The notes under the pieces were generated by a model. The model had not been told where the DNA came from, did no database searches, and saw only the letters and a program-made list of their open reading frames with translations. The translations under genes and the position numbers were made by a program. Shown piece by piece: positions 34,994 through 46,275 of a stretch of DNA of 64,000 nucleotides. Position 1 is the first letter of the stretch, and each line of letters opens with the position of its first letter. The DNA is from Ascoidea asiatica JCM 7603 (taxonomy: Eukaryota > Fungi > Ascomycota). The stretch is from NCBI GenBank assembly GCA_001600695.1, contig BCKQ01000002.1, positions 1,296,768-1,360,767 of the forward strand. The letters run 5' to 3'.

Positions 34994-35512
34994 ATGAGTG
35001 ATAAAGATATAAAAGAGAAAGATATGGAAGATAAAGTAGTTGGAAATAAAGGTGGTAAAGATAATGAAAGTTTTTTACAAGATCGATTAAATTCATTATC
35101 AGAAATTGATTCAAAATTAGTTTCAATAATTGATAATTTATCATCATTATTAAATAATATTAAAAAAGGTAGAGAAGAGAATATAAATTTAATAAATAAT
35201 ATAAATAAAGAAGAAAAAAAGAAGAAAATTATTGAAATTAAAGATAATATAAATTTAGATATTAAATCATTTTTTTATAATGTTGAAGAGAGTACAAGTG
35301 AATTAAGAAGAGAAATTAAATTACATGATAATAGAATTGGATATCAAGAAGATAAAAAAGAAGGAGAAAATATTAAAGATAAAGAAGAAGTTTGTATATT
35401 ACCTATAAATATAAGTAAGAAGGCTACATGGGTTGGAGAATGGAATTTTGAGAATCAAATTAAAGAAGTTGAAGATATTATTAAAAATGATAAGAATTAT
35501 GAAGATATATGA
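34994..35512 (+). CDS. MED11: Mediator head subunit Med11
   Basis: FLQDRLNSLSEIDSKLVSII, FFYNVEESTSELRREIKL and LPINISKKA match the Med11 pattern. Confidence 0.8.
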   Translation: MSDKDIKEKDMEDKVVGNKGGKDNESFLQDRLNSLSEIDSKLVSIIDNLSSLLNNIKKGREENINLINNINKEEKKKKIIEIKDNINLDIKSFFYNVEESTSELRREIKLHDNRIGYQEDKKEGENIKDKEEVCILPINISKKATWVGEWNFENQIKEVEDIIKNDKNYEDI

Positions 35513-35539
35513 TATAGGTATTTATATATATATATATAT

Positions 35540-35574
<35 letters not shown>

Positions 35575-35655
35575 TTGGGAGGTGAAGAAATGAAGAAGAT
35601 TATATAAAATATTAATACAAAATGATGACTATTATGATTGTGATAAGTAAGTAAA

Positions 35656-36450
35656 TTAAAAGAAGGCATAAGATATACCACCTAAAGCAAAAATAGATAA
35701 AGATATATACCAAATATTATCAAAATTTGAATCTAATTTTTTTACAGCTTTTGTTCTTTTTCTATTTTCTAAATTTCTTCGAACTCTTTTTCTTAAACTT
35801 CTTTTTGAATTAGTTGAAGTTGAAGTTGAAGTACCAGAACCTGAAGTAGTTGAAGTTTGAGCAGCATTAAAAGATTCAATTTCTGCAGAATTAGTTGGAG
35901 TTAAAAGTTTAGTTGGTAACATCATTGGAGGTCTATAAGCAAGATATAAAGGTTGAATTGGAGCTTCATCATATTGATATAATTGTAATTTATATTGACC
36001 ACGATAACCATCAATTGAAAGTACATAAGCATACCAAATTTCAGTTTGATAATATTTTGAATAAATTGAAATACCATCATCATCACAAGGTTGAGAAAGT
36101 AATTGTCTACCATCAGATTCAAAAGGGTAAACTAAAATTGAACCATTAGTTAAAATTTCATATTTACCATGTTGAAATTGTAAAACTGCAGATGGACATG
36201 AATGATTTTGAGAATTTGGAGTAACTATATATAAAGCTTCTTCAAAATAACCATCTTCAGAAAATGAATATGATCTACCTGGTAAACCAGGTTCAATTAA
36301 TAATTCATCAACAGGATCATAAAAACCAGGACCTGTGAAGACAGTATTTGATTTTGATGACCAAGTACCAACTATTGAAAATTCTTCAGATTTTATTAAT
36401 TGAAATTGTGAAAATAATAAAGATATTATTAATATTATTTGATTAATCAT
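35656..36450 (-). CDS. ROT1: ER chaperone Rot1
   Basis: Signal peptide, GTWSSKSNTVFTGPGFYDP, YLAYRPPMMLPT, C-terminal TM anchor. Confidence 0.95.
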   Translation of the reverse strand: MINQIILIISLLFSQFQLIKSEEFSIVGTWSSKSNTVFTGPGFYDPVDELLIEPGLPGRSYSFSEDGYFEEALYIVTPNSQNHSCPSAVLQFQHGKYEILTNGSILVYPFESDGRQLLSQPCDDDGISIYSKYYQTEIWYAYVLSIDGYRGQYKLQLYQYDEAPIQPLYLAYRPPMMLPTKLLTPTNSAEIESFNAAQTSTTSGSGTSTSTSTNSKRSLRKRVRRNLENRKRTKAVKKLDSNFDNIWYISLSIFALGGISYAFF

Positions 36451-36616
36451 TATTAATAATATTTTTTATATAATGAATTCTATTTCAATATTCAATAACC
36501 AGTATATATATATATAAATATATATATATATCTATTTATCTTTTCTTTCTAGAGATTACTGTTTAATAGCTATTAATATGAAATGAATAGTCCTGAATAC
36601 TTTTGAATAATGGATA

Positions 36617-36680
36617 TTATTATCTTATTATCTTATTATCTTATTATCTTATTATCTTATTATCTTATTATCTTATTATT
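36617..36680. repeat. (ATTATCTT)n tandem repeat
   Basis: About 7 copies of an 8-bp unit in the ROT1/USP intergenic region. Confidence 0.85.
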
Positions 36681-37324
36681 TCTTTTCTTGTTTCTTTTTG
36701 CTATTTCTTTTTACTGTTCCTCGACTGATCTCAACTCGTTGTTGTTTTCTGCAGTGGTAAATGAATGTAACTCTTCAGCACTCAGAGCTCAGGCACTTTC
36801 CTAGCACTTTCCTAGCACTTTTTTTGCGGCTTCTTCCCAAAGCCAGGCTAAAAAAAACACAGCACCCACAGCACCCACAGCACTGGTAATAAACAGACAA
36901 CTCAAGCCACATAGTCTCAAGCCACTGTAATCATCCACAAATATAAAATATATGCGGCAGTGCATTGATGGCTAGTGTATCACGTGACTATATCCGCTAC
37001 GATTACATAATCCTTTTTTTTTTTTTTATTATTTTTTCTTCTTTCACTTCCTGGCCGCGGATGTTCTCCAGGGTGTGCGGCCAGGCCCTGCTTGAGCAAA
37101 GCAAAGCCAAAGCAAAGCAAAGCCAAAGTCAAAAACACCAAAAACACCCACAGAATATCAAATCACTATCAGTCCAAATCGCTGAATTACAATTACAGTA
37201 CAATACAAAACTACTATTATTGAACTAATAAATACAGTAATATCAATATCTAAATAGTAAATCAGTTTCAATATCAAAAGATTATAACAAAAGAGTATAT
37301 AATAAAACAAAAGAAACTACATAA

Positions 37325-39172
37325 ATGTCTATTCTTCCAAATTCTTTAGAATCTGCTTTATCTGAAGAAGTAGAAACTGTACTTGGAGAATTAACTCCAG
37401 ATCAAAGAGGTAGGAAAACCACCTCAGGTATTAACTTGACTTCATCAATAATTTCAAATGATTTAAATTCAAATTTAAATTCAAATTCTATATATATATC
37501 AAATTCAAATTCAAATTCAAATTCTTATAATGATTATAGATCCATTTCTAGAGGTCGTTCAACTAATACTAATTCTGTTTTTGATGATGATAATTTAGAT
37601 GGTAATATTAGAGATTTTAGTGCAAGTAGAAGTAGAAATGATGCAAATTTAAAATGGTCAATTTTAAAACATGATCCTTCTGAAAGAATTTCATTATCAA
37701 ATTCTTTACAAAATTCTTCTTTATCAAATTCTTCATTAAATAATTCTTCTGATAATTTAGATTCAAATAATATTTCTCATTTTGAACAAAGTGAAGAAGA
37801 ACAAATTTCTGATACTGAAAATGAATTTAATTATAATGATGAAGATGTAATATTACCAAATTATATTAATATTTCTAATTCAACTCAATTACAAAATAAA
37901 ATCATTGATAATAATAATAATTCTAATAATAATAATAATAATTCTAATAATAATGCTAATACTAATGCTAATTCTAATAATAATGCTAATGATAAAAAAA
38001 TATCTTTAAATAAAATTAAAAAATCAATTGAATATGGTGAAGATTTAGCTTCTTTACAAGCTTTACAAAATGCAATTGATACAAATTCTCCAATTCCAGA
38101 ATCTTTAAAAAATAATCTTAAAAAAAACTTCGATTTAGATAAATTACAATTACCAAGTGAATTTATTAAAAATGAAAATTTAAAACCATATAATTATTAT
38201 AAAAAATCAATTATTGATAATTCTATAATTTCACCTTATGATGAAGAAGTTGAAGCAAAAGAAACTGAAAATTTTAATTCTAATGAATTTTCAAATGATA
38301 TTTTAAATGATGAAAATTTAATTAATTCATTAAATAAAAATATTAAAATTTCAAAAATTGATTCAAATTTAAAAAATTCAAGAACTATAATAACTATAAC
38401 TAGAGGTAATTTTTTTAAAAATTTAAATCCAATTAAAAAACCAAAAATTTTCTTAGTTTGTATGGATTTTTCTCCAGAATCAAAATTTGCTTTAGAATGG
38501 ACTATTGGTACTGTATTAATTGATGGTGGTGTTTTAATTATAATTTATGTTATTGAAGATGATAATTTCATTAATCTTAACTCAAATGATATCAATGATA
38601 TCAATAATGATAATATTAATGATAATATTAATGATAATATTAATGATAATAATAATGATAATAATAATGATATCAGTGATGATAATAAAAGTAATAATAC
38701 TACAAATACAGAAAATAACATTGGTAATAAAACTGAAACCGATAATAATACTATAGATAATAATACTGTAGATAATAATCTGGAAACAATTTCAGATGAA
38801 CAATTAAAAAAAATAAAAGAAAAAGAAATTCATAGAATAAATGCAGTTGAAAAATTAAGTGAAGATGCTTTAAATTTAATAAAATTAACAAAATTATCAA
38901 CACATTTAGTTATACAATCAATTCATCATCCAATTCCAAGACATTTAGTTATGGAAATTATTGATCATTTACAACCAACTTTAGTAATTTTAGGTTCAAG
39001 AGGTTCTCAAGCTATAAAAGGTGTTTCTTTAGGTTCTTTATCAAATTATTTAATTAATAGTAGTTCAGTACCTGTAATGGTTGTTAGAAGAAAAGTTAAA
39101 AGTGTTCATAAAAAAAAAAATAAAAGAAATGTACAACATGTTAAAAATTTAACTTCTGCAAGAGTTGATTAA
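37325..39172 (+). CDS. Universal stress protein (USP) domain protein
   Basis: FLVCMDFSPESKFALEWTIGTVL and LVILGSRGSQAIKGVSLGSLSNYLINSSSVPVMVVR; long disordered N-terminus. Confidence 0.88.
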   Translation: MSILPNSLESALSEEVETVLGELTPDQRGRKTTSGINLTSSIISNDLNSNLNSNSIYISNSNSNSNSYNDYRSISRGRSTNTNSVFDDDNLDGNIRDFSASRSRNDANLKWSILKHDPSERISLSNSLQNSSLSNSSLNNSSDNLDSNNISHFEQSEEEQISDTENEFNYNDEDVILPNYINISNSTQLQNKIIDNNNNSNNNNNNSNNNANTNANSNNNANDKKISLNKIKKSIEYGEDLASLQALQNAIDTNSPIPESLKNNLKKNFDLDKLQLPSEFIKNENLKPYNYYKKSIIDNSIISPYDEEVEAKETENFNSNEFSNDILNDENLINSLNKNIKISKIDSNLKNSRTIITITRGNFFKNLNPIKKPKIFLVCMDFSPESKFALEWTIGTVLIDGGVLIIIYVIEDDNFINLNSNDINDINNDNINDNINDNINDNNNDNNNDISDDNKSNNTTNTENNIGNKTETDNNTIDNNTVDNNLETISDEQLKKIKEKEIHRINAVEKLSEDALNLIKLTKLSTHLVIQSIHHPIPRHLVMEIIDHLQPTLVILGSRGSQAIKGVSLGSLSNYLINSSSVPVMVVRRKVKSVHKKKNKRNVQHVKNLTSARVD

Positions 39173-39775
39173 TATTTATTTTATTATTTTATATTATATT
39201 ATATTATTATTATCACTTAGATTTATATTATCTTTTAACTTAACTTTACGATTATGATAATGATTTGCTTTTTTTTTTAAATGTTTTTCAGTTTCTTTCT
39301 TATATATATATATATATACCTATAATTGTGTAATATTATATATATTTTACGAACAGTTTATTTTATATCTCTTATTCAATATTTCTTTTATAATAATTTA
39401 CAAAAATTGAACTTATTCCTTAATTAAATAACATAACTTTAATCTTTTAAAAGTATATAATAAATTAAATTCTTCAATGAAATTCTTCAATGAAATATTC
39501 ATTTAAATGAAATTATCTCATGAATCACCAGTTTGATTTGTTTAATTTACTTTATTTATGTCAATTGATAAAAAATAATAAGATTTGAGCTTATTTGTTA
39601 TTGAATAATTTAAAGTTTACTCCAATTTTGTAAATAAAGTAAACAAGAAACGAAAATCAAAAAACAAAAAAAAAAACAATATAAATACGTTTAAATTCAC
39701 TCAGTTTTGCAATTTGTAAGATAATTAAATTATTGATATAATGAATGAAATATATAAGTGTTTCTTTTTTTAAGA

Positions 39776-40870
39776 ATGACAAATAGTAAAAGAAATAATA
39801 TAATAAATGAAAGTGAATTAAAATATATAAATAATATAAAAAATTATGAAGGAATTTATTATAATTCAAATAAAAAAATTTCAATTTGGCATAAATTACC
39901 AGTTTCTAGAAGATCAGCAGTTTTAATACTTTTATTTTTAGGTAAATTTGGAGAATTAAGAGTAATATTAACAAAAAGATCAAGAAAACTTAGGAATTTT
40001 TCAGGAGATGTTTCATTTCCTGGAGGTAAATCAGAAAATGGATTAGAAAATGAATGGATGACAGCAAGAAGAGAAACATTTGAAGAAATTGGATTAAATA
40101 ATAATGATAAAATTTTAATTAAAGAAAATGGTATAATTATTGAAGAATTAAATTCATTACCAAGTTTTTTATCAAGAACATTTTTATCAGTTAGACCATG
40201 TATTGGGATTTTAAAAGCAGAAAAAGGTAATTATGAAGAAATATTTAATAAAAAATTAAAATTTATTTTAAATCCTGGAGAAAGTTCAAGTATTTTTTCA
40301 ATACCATTAAGAGATTTATATAATGGAAATGGAAATGTGGATATAAAAGAATTTGAAGATTTTGATAGAAATACTCCAGAATTTATTAGAAAAAGAAATA
40401 TTTTAAAAAATTGGGGAGGATTAAATTGGTATTATAGATCATATTTATATTCATCAATAAATTTAAAAAATGAAGTTAATTGGTTAAAAGAAGTTGAAAA
40501 TTTAAGTTCAGATGAAGAAATTGAATTATATGAAGATAAAATTTTAGGTAAAGATAAAGATAAAGATAAAGATAAAGATAAAGATAGAATAATTACAAAT
40601 TTTAAAAATGTTAAAAATGTTTGGGGATTAACAGCAAATATGCTTTATGAATTAGCACAAATAACATATGATGGAGAGAAATATTGGAAGAATAAAAAAA
40701 ATATTGGAGAAGAAGAATTAATAAAAATTTTAATTAAAAATGAACAAATGAAAGATGGTAAAAGATCAGAATTTGAAATTAAAATGATTGAAGGAAAAGA
40801 TAAATCAGTTAATTTTAAAAATTTAATTCCAGATGATGAATTTGAATATTTAAAATCTTTATATATATGA
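39776..40870 (+). CDS. PCD1: Nudix CoA diphosphatase
   Basis: NuCoA motif ILTKRSRKLRNFSGDVSFPGG followed by Nudix box ARRETFEEIG and VWGLTA; first ATG at 39776 (the track used GTG at 39758). Confidence 0.88.
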   Translation: MTNSKRNNIINESELKYINNIKNYEGIYYNSNKKISIWHKLPVSRRSAVLILLFLGKFGELRVILTKRSRKLRNFSGDVSFPGGKSENGLENEWMTARRETFEEIGLNNNDKILIKENGIIIEELNSLPSFLSRTFLSVRPCIGILKAEKGNYEEIFNKKLKFILNPGESSSIFSIPLRDLYNGNGNVDIKEFEDFDRNTPEFIRKRNILKNWGGLNWYYRSYLYSSINLKNEVNWLKEVENLSSDEEIELYEDKILGKDKDKDKDKDKDRIITNFKNVKNVWGLTANMLYELAQITYDGEKYWKNKKNIGEEELIKILIKNEQMKDGKRSEFEIKMIEGKDKSVNFKNLIPDDEFEYLKSLYI

Positions 40871-41493
40871 ATTTGAAATATTTTAATAGAAGAAATAGAA
40901 GTAATTAGTTGTAATTGGAAATTTTAAATTTTAAATTGTAAATTAAAGGGACTGTTGTTCTTCAGAGTTATCTTCAAATCAGAGTATTTGAAGTCAATCG
41001 AGGTCAAAGCAATCAGTTCTTTTCAATTATTCAAGAGTCAATTGATTAGACTCTAATTGAAGAGACTTGAAATAAAAAGAGTTCTCAAGTCATTATTTGT
41101 TTATTATCATCATAAAGATACTGAATTGAGTGAAGTGAAAAGTTTTGATTTGCTTCATTTGCTTCTTTTGCTTCGTGTTTTGTTTTGTGGTGGTTTGGAA
41201 ATTGGAGATTGGAGAGGTGGCGGTGGAGTGCGTTTGGGGAAAGAGGTGGCAGGTGTGGAAAGTAGCGGCTGAGTTAAAGAAATTAAGACCCACAGCGCTG
41301 GAAGTGAAATAAAAAAATTATTTTGAAATTGAAATTTTAAATTTGAACTGAGAAAAAAAAGACTGAAGAAATAAATGAATGAAGTGAAGTGAAGTGAAGT
41401 GAAGAGAAGAGAAGAGAAGTGAATTGAACTGGAGTGAAGAAGACAAGAAGTAAAAGACATCAACTATAAATATATATATATATATATATAATA

Positions 41494-43422
41494 ATGGGAA
41501 AGAAAAACAAGAAGTCCAAGAGTGTACAAGCCACAAACCAACAAGGGTCATTAGACATCAATGATTCTAAAAATGTTCCAGTTGAAGAAGTAATTGAACC
41601 TATAGAAGAACCACCAAAAGATGAAGAAGAAATAATGCTTGAAAAATTAGTATTTGGTGATGAAGAAGGGTTCGATGATAATCTTAAAAAACTAGCTGAC
41701 TCAGATGATGATTTTTTAAATGATATTTCTGAATCAGATGATGATTTCGATAATAATGAAAGAAAAAAAAATATTTACTTAGATAGTGATACAGATAGTG
41801 ATATTCATAATCAAGATAAAAATTTCAATAAAGAGTTATTAGATGATGATCAGTTATTTTTCATTGATGATGGTGAAACTAATAATGAAAATAAAGATAA
41901 AGATAAAGATACAGAAATGAAAGAAAATAATTCAAGTTCTGAAAATGATAGTGATAGTGATAATGATAGTGAAAGTGATTCAGATAATGAAAGTGACAGT
42001 GAAAGTGAAAGTGAGAGTGAGAATGAAAATGATTTTGATGCTTGGATAGATAGTGATGATGAAAAATTAAATATTGATATATTATCAATAGATAGATTAA
42101 AAAAATTAAAAAAAACTGAATCTGAATCTATATTAAATGGAAAATTATATACAAAAAGATTAAGAGCTCAATATGAAAGAATATATCCTAAACCAAAATG
42201 GGCTATACAATTTGAAAAAGATGATGAAGAAAATAGAAATAAAGAAAATGAAGAATTTATAAATAGTGATATTGATAATGATAATGATAATGATAATGGA
42301 AATTCTGTAAATCAGAGTAAATCTTATTATAATAATAATACAAATTCATTAATTAAATTATTATCAAAAATTAATCATAATGGTTATCAAATTTCAAAAA
42401 AAAAAAGTAAATTATTACCAAATGGAATTATAGATATTTTAATTTCAAAAGATGCAAATTTTAAAAATATTTCTAAATCTTCAATACAATCAATTGATTT
42501 TCATCAAAATTTACCATTATTATTAACTGCAGGTTTTGATAAAACTATAAGAATTTATCATATTGATTATAAAAATAATAATATTGTCACAAGTTTATTT
42601 TTAAAAAATTATTCAATTAATACATGTTTATTTTCAAAAAATTTAAATAATTTAAAAAATAATGATAATGATAAAAATATATTTATTGGTGGTAGAAGAA
42701 AATTTATGTATAAATGGAATTTTGAAAATGGTGAAATAAATAAAATGTCAATATTATATGGTAATGAAATTTTTCAAAATTCTTTTGAAAATTTTAAAAT
42801 TTCAAATAATGGTTTATATATTGGAATTATTGGTAATTCAGGTTATATAAATTTAATATCATCAATTAATGGAATTTTTTTAAAAAATTTTAAAATTGAT
42901 GGTAATTTAATAGATTTTGAATTTTTTAATGATGATAAAAATATTTTAATTATTAATACAGCTGGAGAAATTTGGGAATTTAATATTGAAGATGGTAAAA
43001 TTTTAAAAAGATGGGAAGATATTAATGGTATTGGAATAACAAAAATTTCAATTGATAAAAAAAAAAATAAATATTTAGCAATTGGTACAAATCTTGGAAT
43101 TGTTAATATTTATGAATTAAATAATTTAGATAATAATAATTCTAGAAAATTAATTGGAACTTTTGATCAATTAACTACAAGTATTTCATCAATTGTCTTT
43201 AATCATGATTCTCAAATTATTTGTTTTGCAAGTAGAAGTGTGAAAGATTCTTTAAGATTAGCTCATTTACCAAGTTGTAAAGTTTTCTCAAATTGGCCAA
43301 CAAGTAATACACCTTTAGGTAAAGTTACAAGTATTGCTTTCAGTCCAAATAGTGAAATGATTTGTGTTGGTAATCAAACAGGTAAAGCTAAACTCTGGAA
43401 TTTAAAACATTATTCTTCTTAA
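41494..43422 (+). CDS. UTP18: U3 snoRNP/SSU processome WD40 protein Utp18
   Basis: EEIMLEKLVFGD, AWIDSDDE, RLRAQYERIYPKPKWA, KVFSNWPTSNTPLGKVT. Confidence 0.95.
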   Translation: MGKKNKKSKSVQATNQQGSLDINDSKNVPVEEVIEPIEEPPKDEEEIMLEKLVFGDEEGFDDNLKKLADSDDDFLNDISESDDDFDNNERKKNIYLDSDTDSDIHNQDKNFNKELLDDDQLFFIDDGETNNENKDKDKDTEMKENNSSSENDSDSDNDSESDSDNESDSESESESENENDFDAWIDSDDEKLNIDILSIDRLKKLKKTESESILNGKLYTKRLRAQYERIYPKPKWAIQFEKDDEENRNKENEEFINSDIDNDNDNDNGNSVNQSKSYYNNNTNSLIKLLSKINHNGYQISKKKSKLLPNGIIDILISKDANFKNISKSSIQSIDFHQNLPLLLTAGFDKTIRIYHIDYKNNNIVTSLFLKNYSINTCLFSKNLNNLKNNDNDKNIFIGGRRKFMYKWNFENGEINKMSILYGNEIFQNSFENFKISNNGLYIGIIGNSGYINLISSINGIFLKNFKIDGNLIDFEFFNDDKNILIINTAGEIWEFNIEDGKILKRWEDINGIGITKISIDKKKNKYLAIGTNLGIVNIYELNNLDNNNSRKLIGTFDQLTTSISSIVFNHDSQIICFASRSVKDSLRLAHLPSCKVFSNWPTSNTPLGKVTSIAFSPNSEMICVGNQTGKAKLWNLKHYSS

Positions 43423-43908
43423 ATAGAATCTATAGAATACAAACATCAAAACATTAAAACTTCATTAAAACATCAGTAAAAGTATCAGTAAAAGTATCAG
43501 TAAAAGGAGTATAACGAAGTAACGAAGTAACTAAGTGTCACAGACTAAAAAAGGTAATTAAAACATTAGACATACGAGGGTTTTATCACGTGAATTGCAT
43601 TTTGGCCTCGGAAGTGGCTAACGCAAGGATGACATAATCAAGTAGGGTTTATTACGTAATTGCGAGATTGTTTTTTTTTTTTTGATTTATTTCTGAATCT
43701 GAAAAATTGAATGAATTTTGAATTGATTGAGTTGAGTGGCATTTTATTGAAGAGAGAATATTGACATATTATTGATTATTTACTTTGATAATTGAATTGA
43801 ATTGAATTGAATAATTTATTGTTGTTATTTAGTTTTTTATTCTGGGTTTTATTGTATTATATTGTTATATCGATATAGTGTTGTGATATTTATATTCATA
43901 AATTTAAA

Positions 43909-45439
43909 ATGTCTTTAAAATTACCTCAAGCTTCAAATGCAGGTATATTTAAAAATGGTTATAAATCATATACAAATGCAGATGGAGCAGTTAATAGAAA
44001 TGTTGAAGCATGTAGAGAAATAACTTCAATGGTTTTAACATCAATGGGACCATATGGTAAAAATAAAATTATAGTTAATCATTTACAAAAAATATTTATT
44101 ACAAATGATGCTGCAACAATGTTAAAAGAATTAGAAATTGTTCATCCAGCTGTAAAATTATTAGTTATGGCTTCAAATCAACAAGAAGAAGAAATGGGTG
44201 ATCAAACAAATTTAGTTATAATTTTAGCAGGAGAATTATTAAATTTAGCAGAAAAATTAATTATTTTAGGTTTAAAACCAATTGAAATTATTCAAGGTTA
44301 TAATTTAGCAAAAATTTTTACTTTAAAAACTTTAGATAAAAATTTATCAATTGAAAAAATTAAAAATTTTTATAATAAAAATGAATTAAAAAAAATTATT
44401 AAACCAGTTGTATCTTCAAAACAATTTGGTTCTGAAGAATTTTTAAGTGATTTAATAATTGAATCAGTTTTAAATATTTTACCACCAATTCCAAATACCA
44501 ATGATAAAGAAAATGAAAGTGAAATTGAAAGTGAAAGTGAAAATGTTATTATAAGAAATTTTAATACAGATTCAATTAGAGTTGTTAAAATTATGGGATC
44601 ATCATTTGATAATTCATTTGTTATTAAAGGTATGGTTTTCCCAAGAGAACCTGAAGGTAGTGTAAAATCTATAAAAAATAAATCAAAAGTTGTTGTTTAT
44701 ACATGTCCATTTGATATTTCAACTACAGAAACTAAAGGTACAGTTTTATTACATAATGCAAAAGAAATGTTAGATTTTTCAAAAGGTGAAGAAGATGAAT
44801 TAAATCAATTAGTTAAAGAAATTTCAAATTCTGGTGTTAAAGTTTTAATTGCAGGACAAAATATTGGAGAATTAGCATTACATTATTTAAATAGATATGG
44901 GATTTTAGTTTTAAAAATTCCATCAAAATTTGATTTAAGAAGAATTTGTCGTGTTTGTGGAGCAACACCATTACCAAGATTAGGATCACCAATGCCAGAA
45001 GAAATGGGTGTAATTGATTTAATTGAAACAAAAGAAATTGGAGGAGATAGAGTTACAATTTTTAAACAAGAAACTGGAGAAAGTAGAACTTCAACAATTG
45101 TTATTAGAGGTGCAACACAAAATAATTTAGATGATATTGAAAGAGCAATTGATGATGGAGTTAGTGTATTTAAAGGATTAACAAAAGATTCAAGATTATG
45201 TGGAGGAGCAGGATCAACTGAATCTAAATTAGTTCAATTAATTAATGAATATGGAGATAAAACTTCAGGTATATTACAATTAGCAATAAAAAATTATGCA
45301 AAAGCATTTGAAATTGTACCAAAGGCATTATCAGATAGTGCTGGATTTGATACAAATCAAGTTTTAACAACACTTTTTGCAAAAAATAATAATAATGAAG
45401 GTACATTTTATGGTATTAATTTAAATGATGAAGATTATG

Positions 45440-45470
<31 letters not shown>

Positions 45471-45663
45471 AAAAGATAATATTATTGATATTAAAAAAAG
45501 TGGAATTTATGATTTATTAATTGCAAAAAAAAATGCTATAAATATTGCTACAGAAGCTGTTAATACTATATTATCAGTTGATCAAATTATTGTTGCAAAA
45601 AGAGCTGGAGGTCCAAAAATGCCACAACAACCAAAACCTGGAAATTGGGATATGGCTGATTAA
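43909..45663 (+). CDS. CCT8: Chaperonin CCT/TRiC theta subunit
   Basis: MSLKLPQ, TSMGPYGKNK, TNDAATMLKELEIVHPA, GDQTN, KRAGGP...NWD. Confidence 0.96.
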
Positions 45664-46275
45664 GTTTGATGGTAGTTTTAAACTCGTTATTGCTTATTAT
45701 TTATTGATTACTCTCCTGCTTTACATTGACTTAGATATTATTTTTCTTATTTGTCTTGTAACATCACTATATAATTGATATCCTCTATAGTCAATAACAT
45801 TCTGGATCGTAATCTAACCATTGTAACCTGTAAAAACCCACTCTCTTTCTCCATTGACTCCCATTATAACTTTTCTTCTTCTTCTTCTTCTTCTTTGCCA
45901 TCTGTTTCTGCTTCTTCTGCTTCCTGTGCTTCTTCTTCCTGTTTTTTTTGTTTTTGTGTTTGAAATCCGAAACGGTCAGGTGACCGCGGTTATTATTTAT
46001 AACTTCCGTATCCGCTACAATCCGCACCACGGGCCTCCCGACCCACTTCGAGTGAATTAAAAAAGGCTGGAAAAAAGAATAAATTCAATCTCAAAGAATT
46101 AAAACAATAAAAATAAAGCTTTATTTTTTACAATGAAATTGAGTAAATGAAGCAGAGGAATAAACTGGGCGCTAAATGAAGATTAAATAATTACTACAAC
46201 TATTACTTATAGATATACTGTTTAGTATCAGTAGTATATGATATCTATTATGTATTTCATGGTACTTACAATAAA

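Noticed and set aside
41057-41551. Four short ORFs upstream of UTP18
   Set aside because: Promoter DNA and (GAAGT)n repeats; no coding signature
45775-46060. Lys-rich and Ser-rich short ORFs between CCT8 and the DDB1-like gene
   Set aside because: Derived from a (CTT)n/pyrimidine tract and a promoter island
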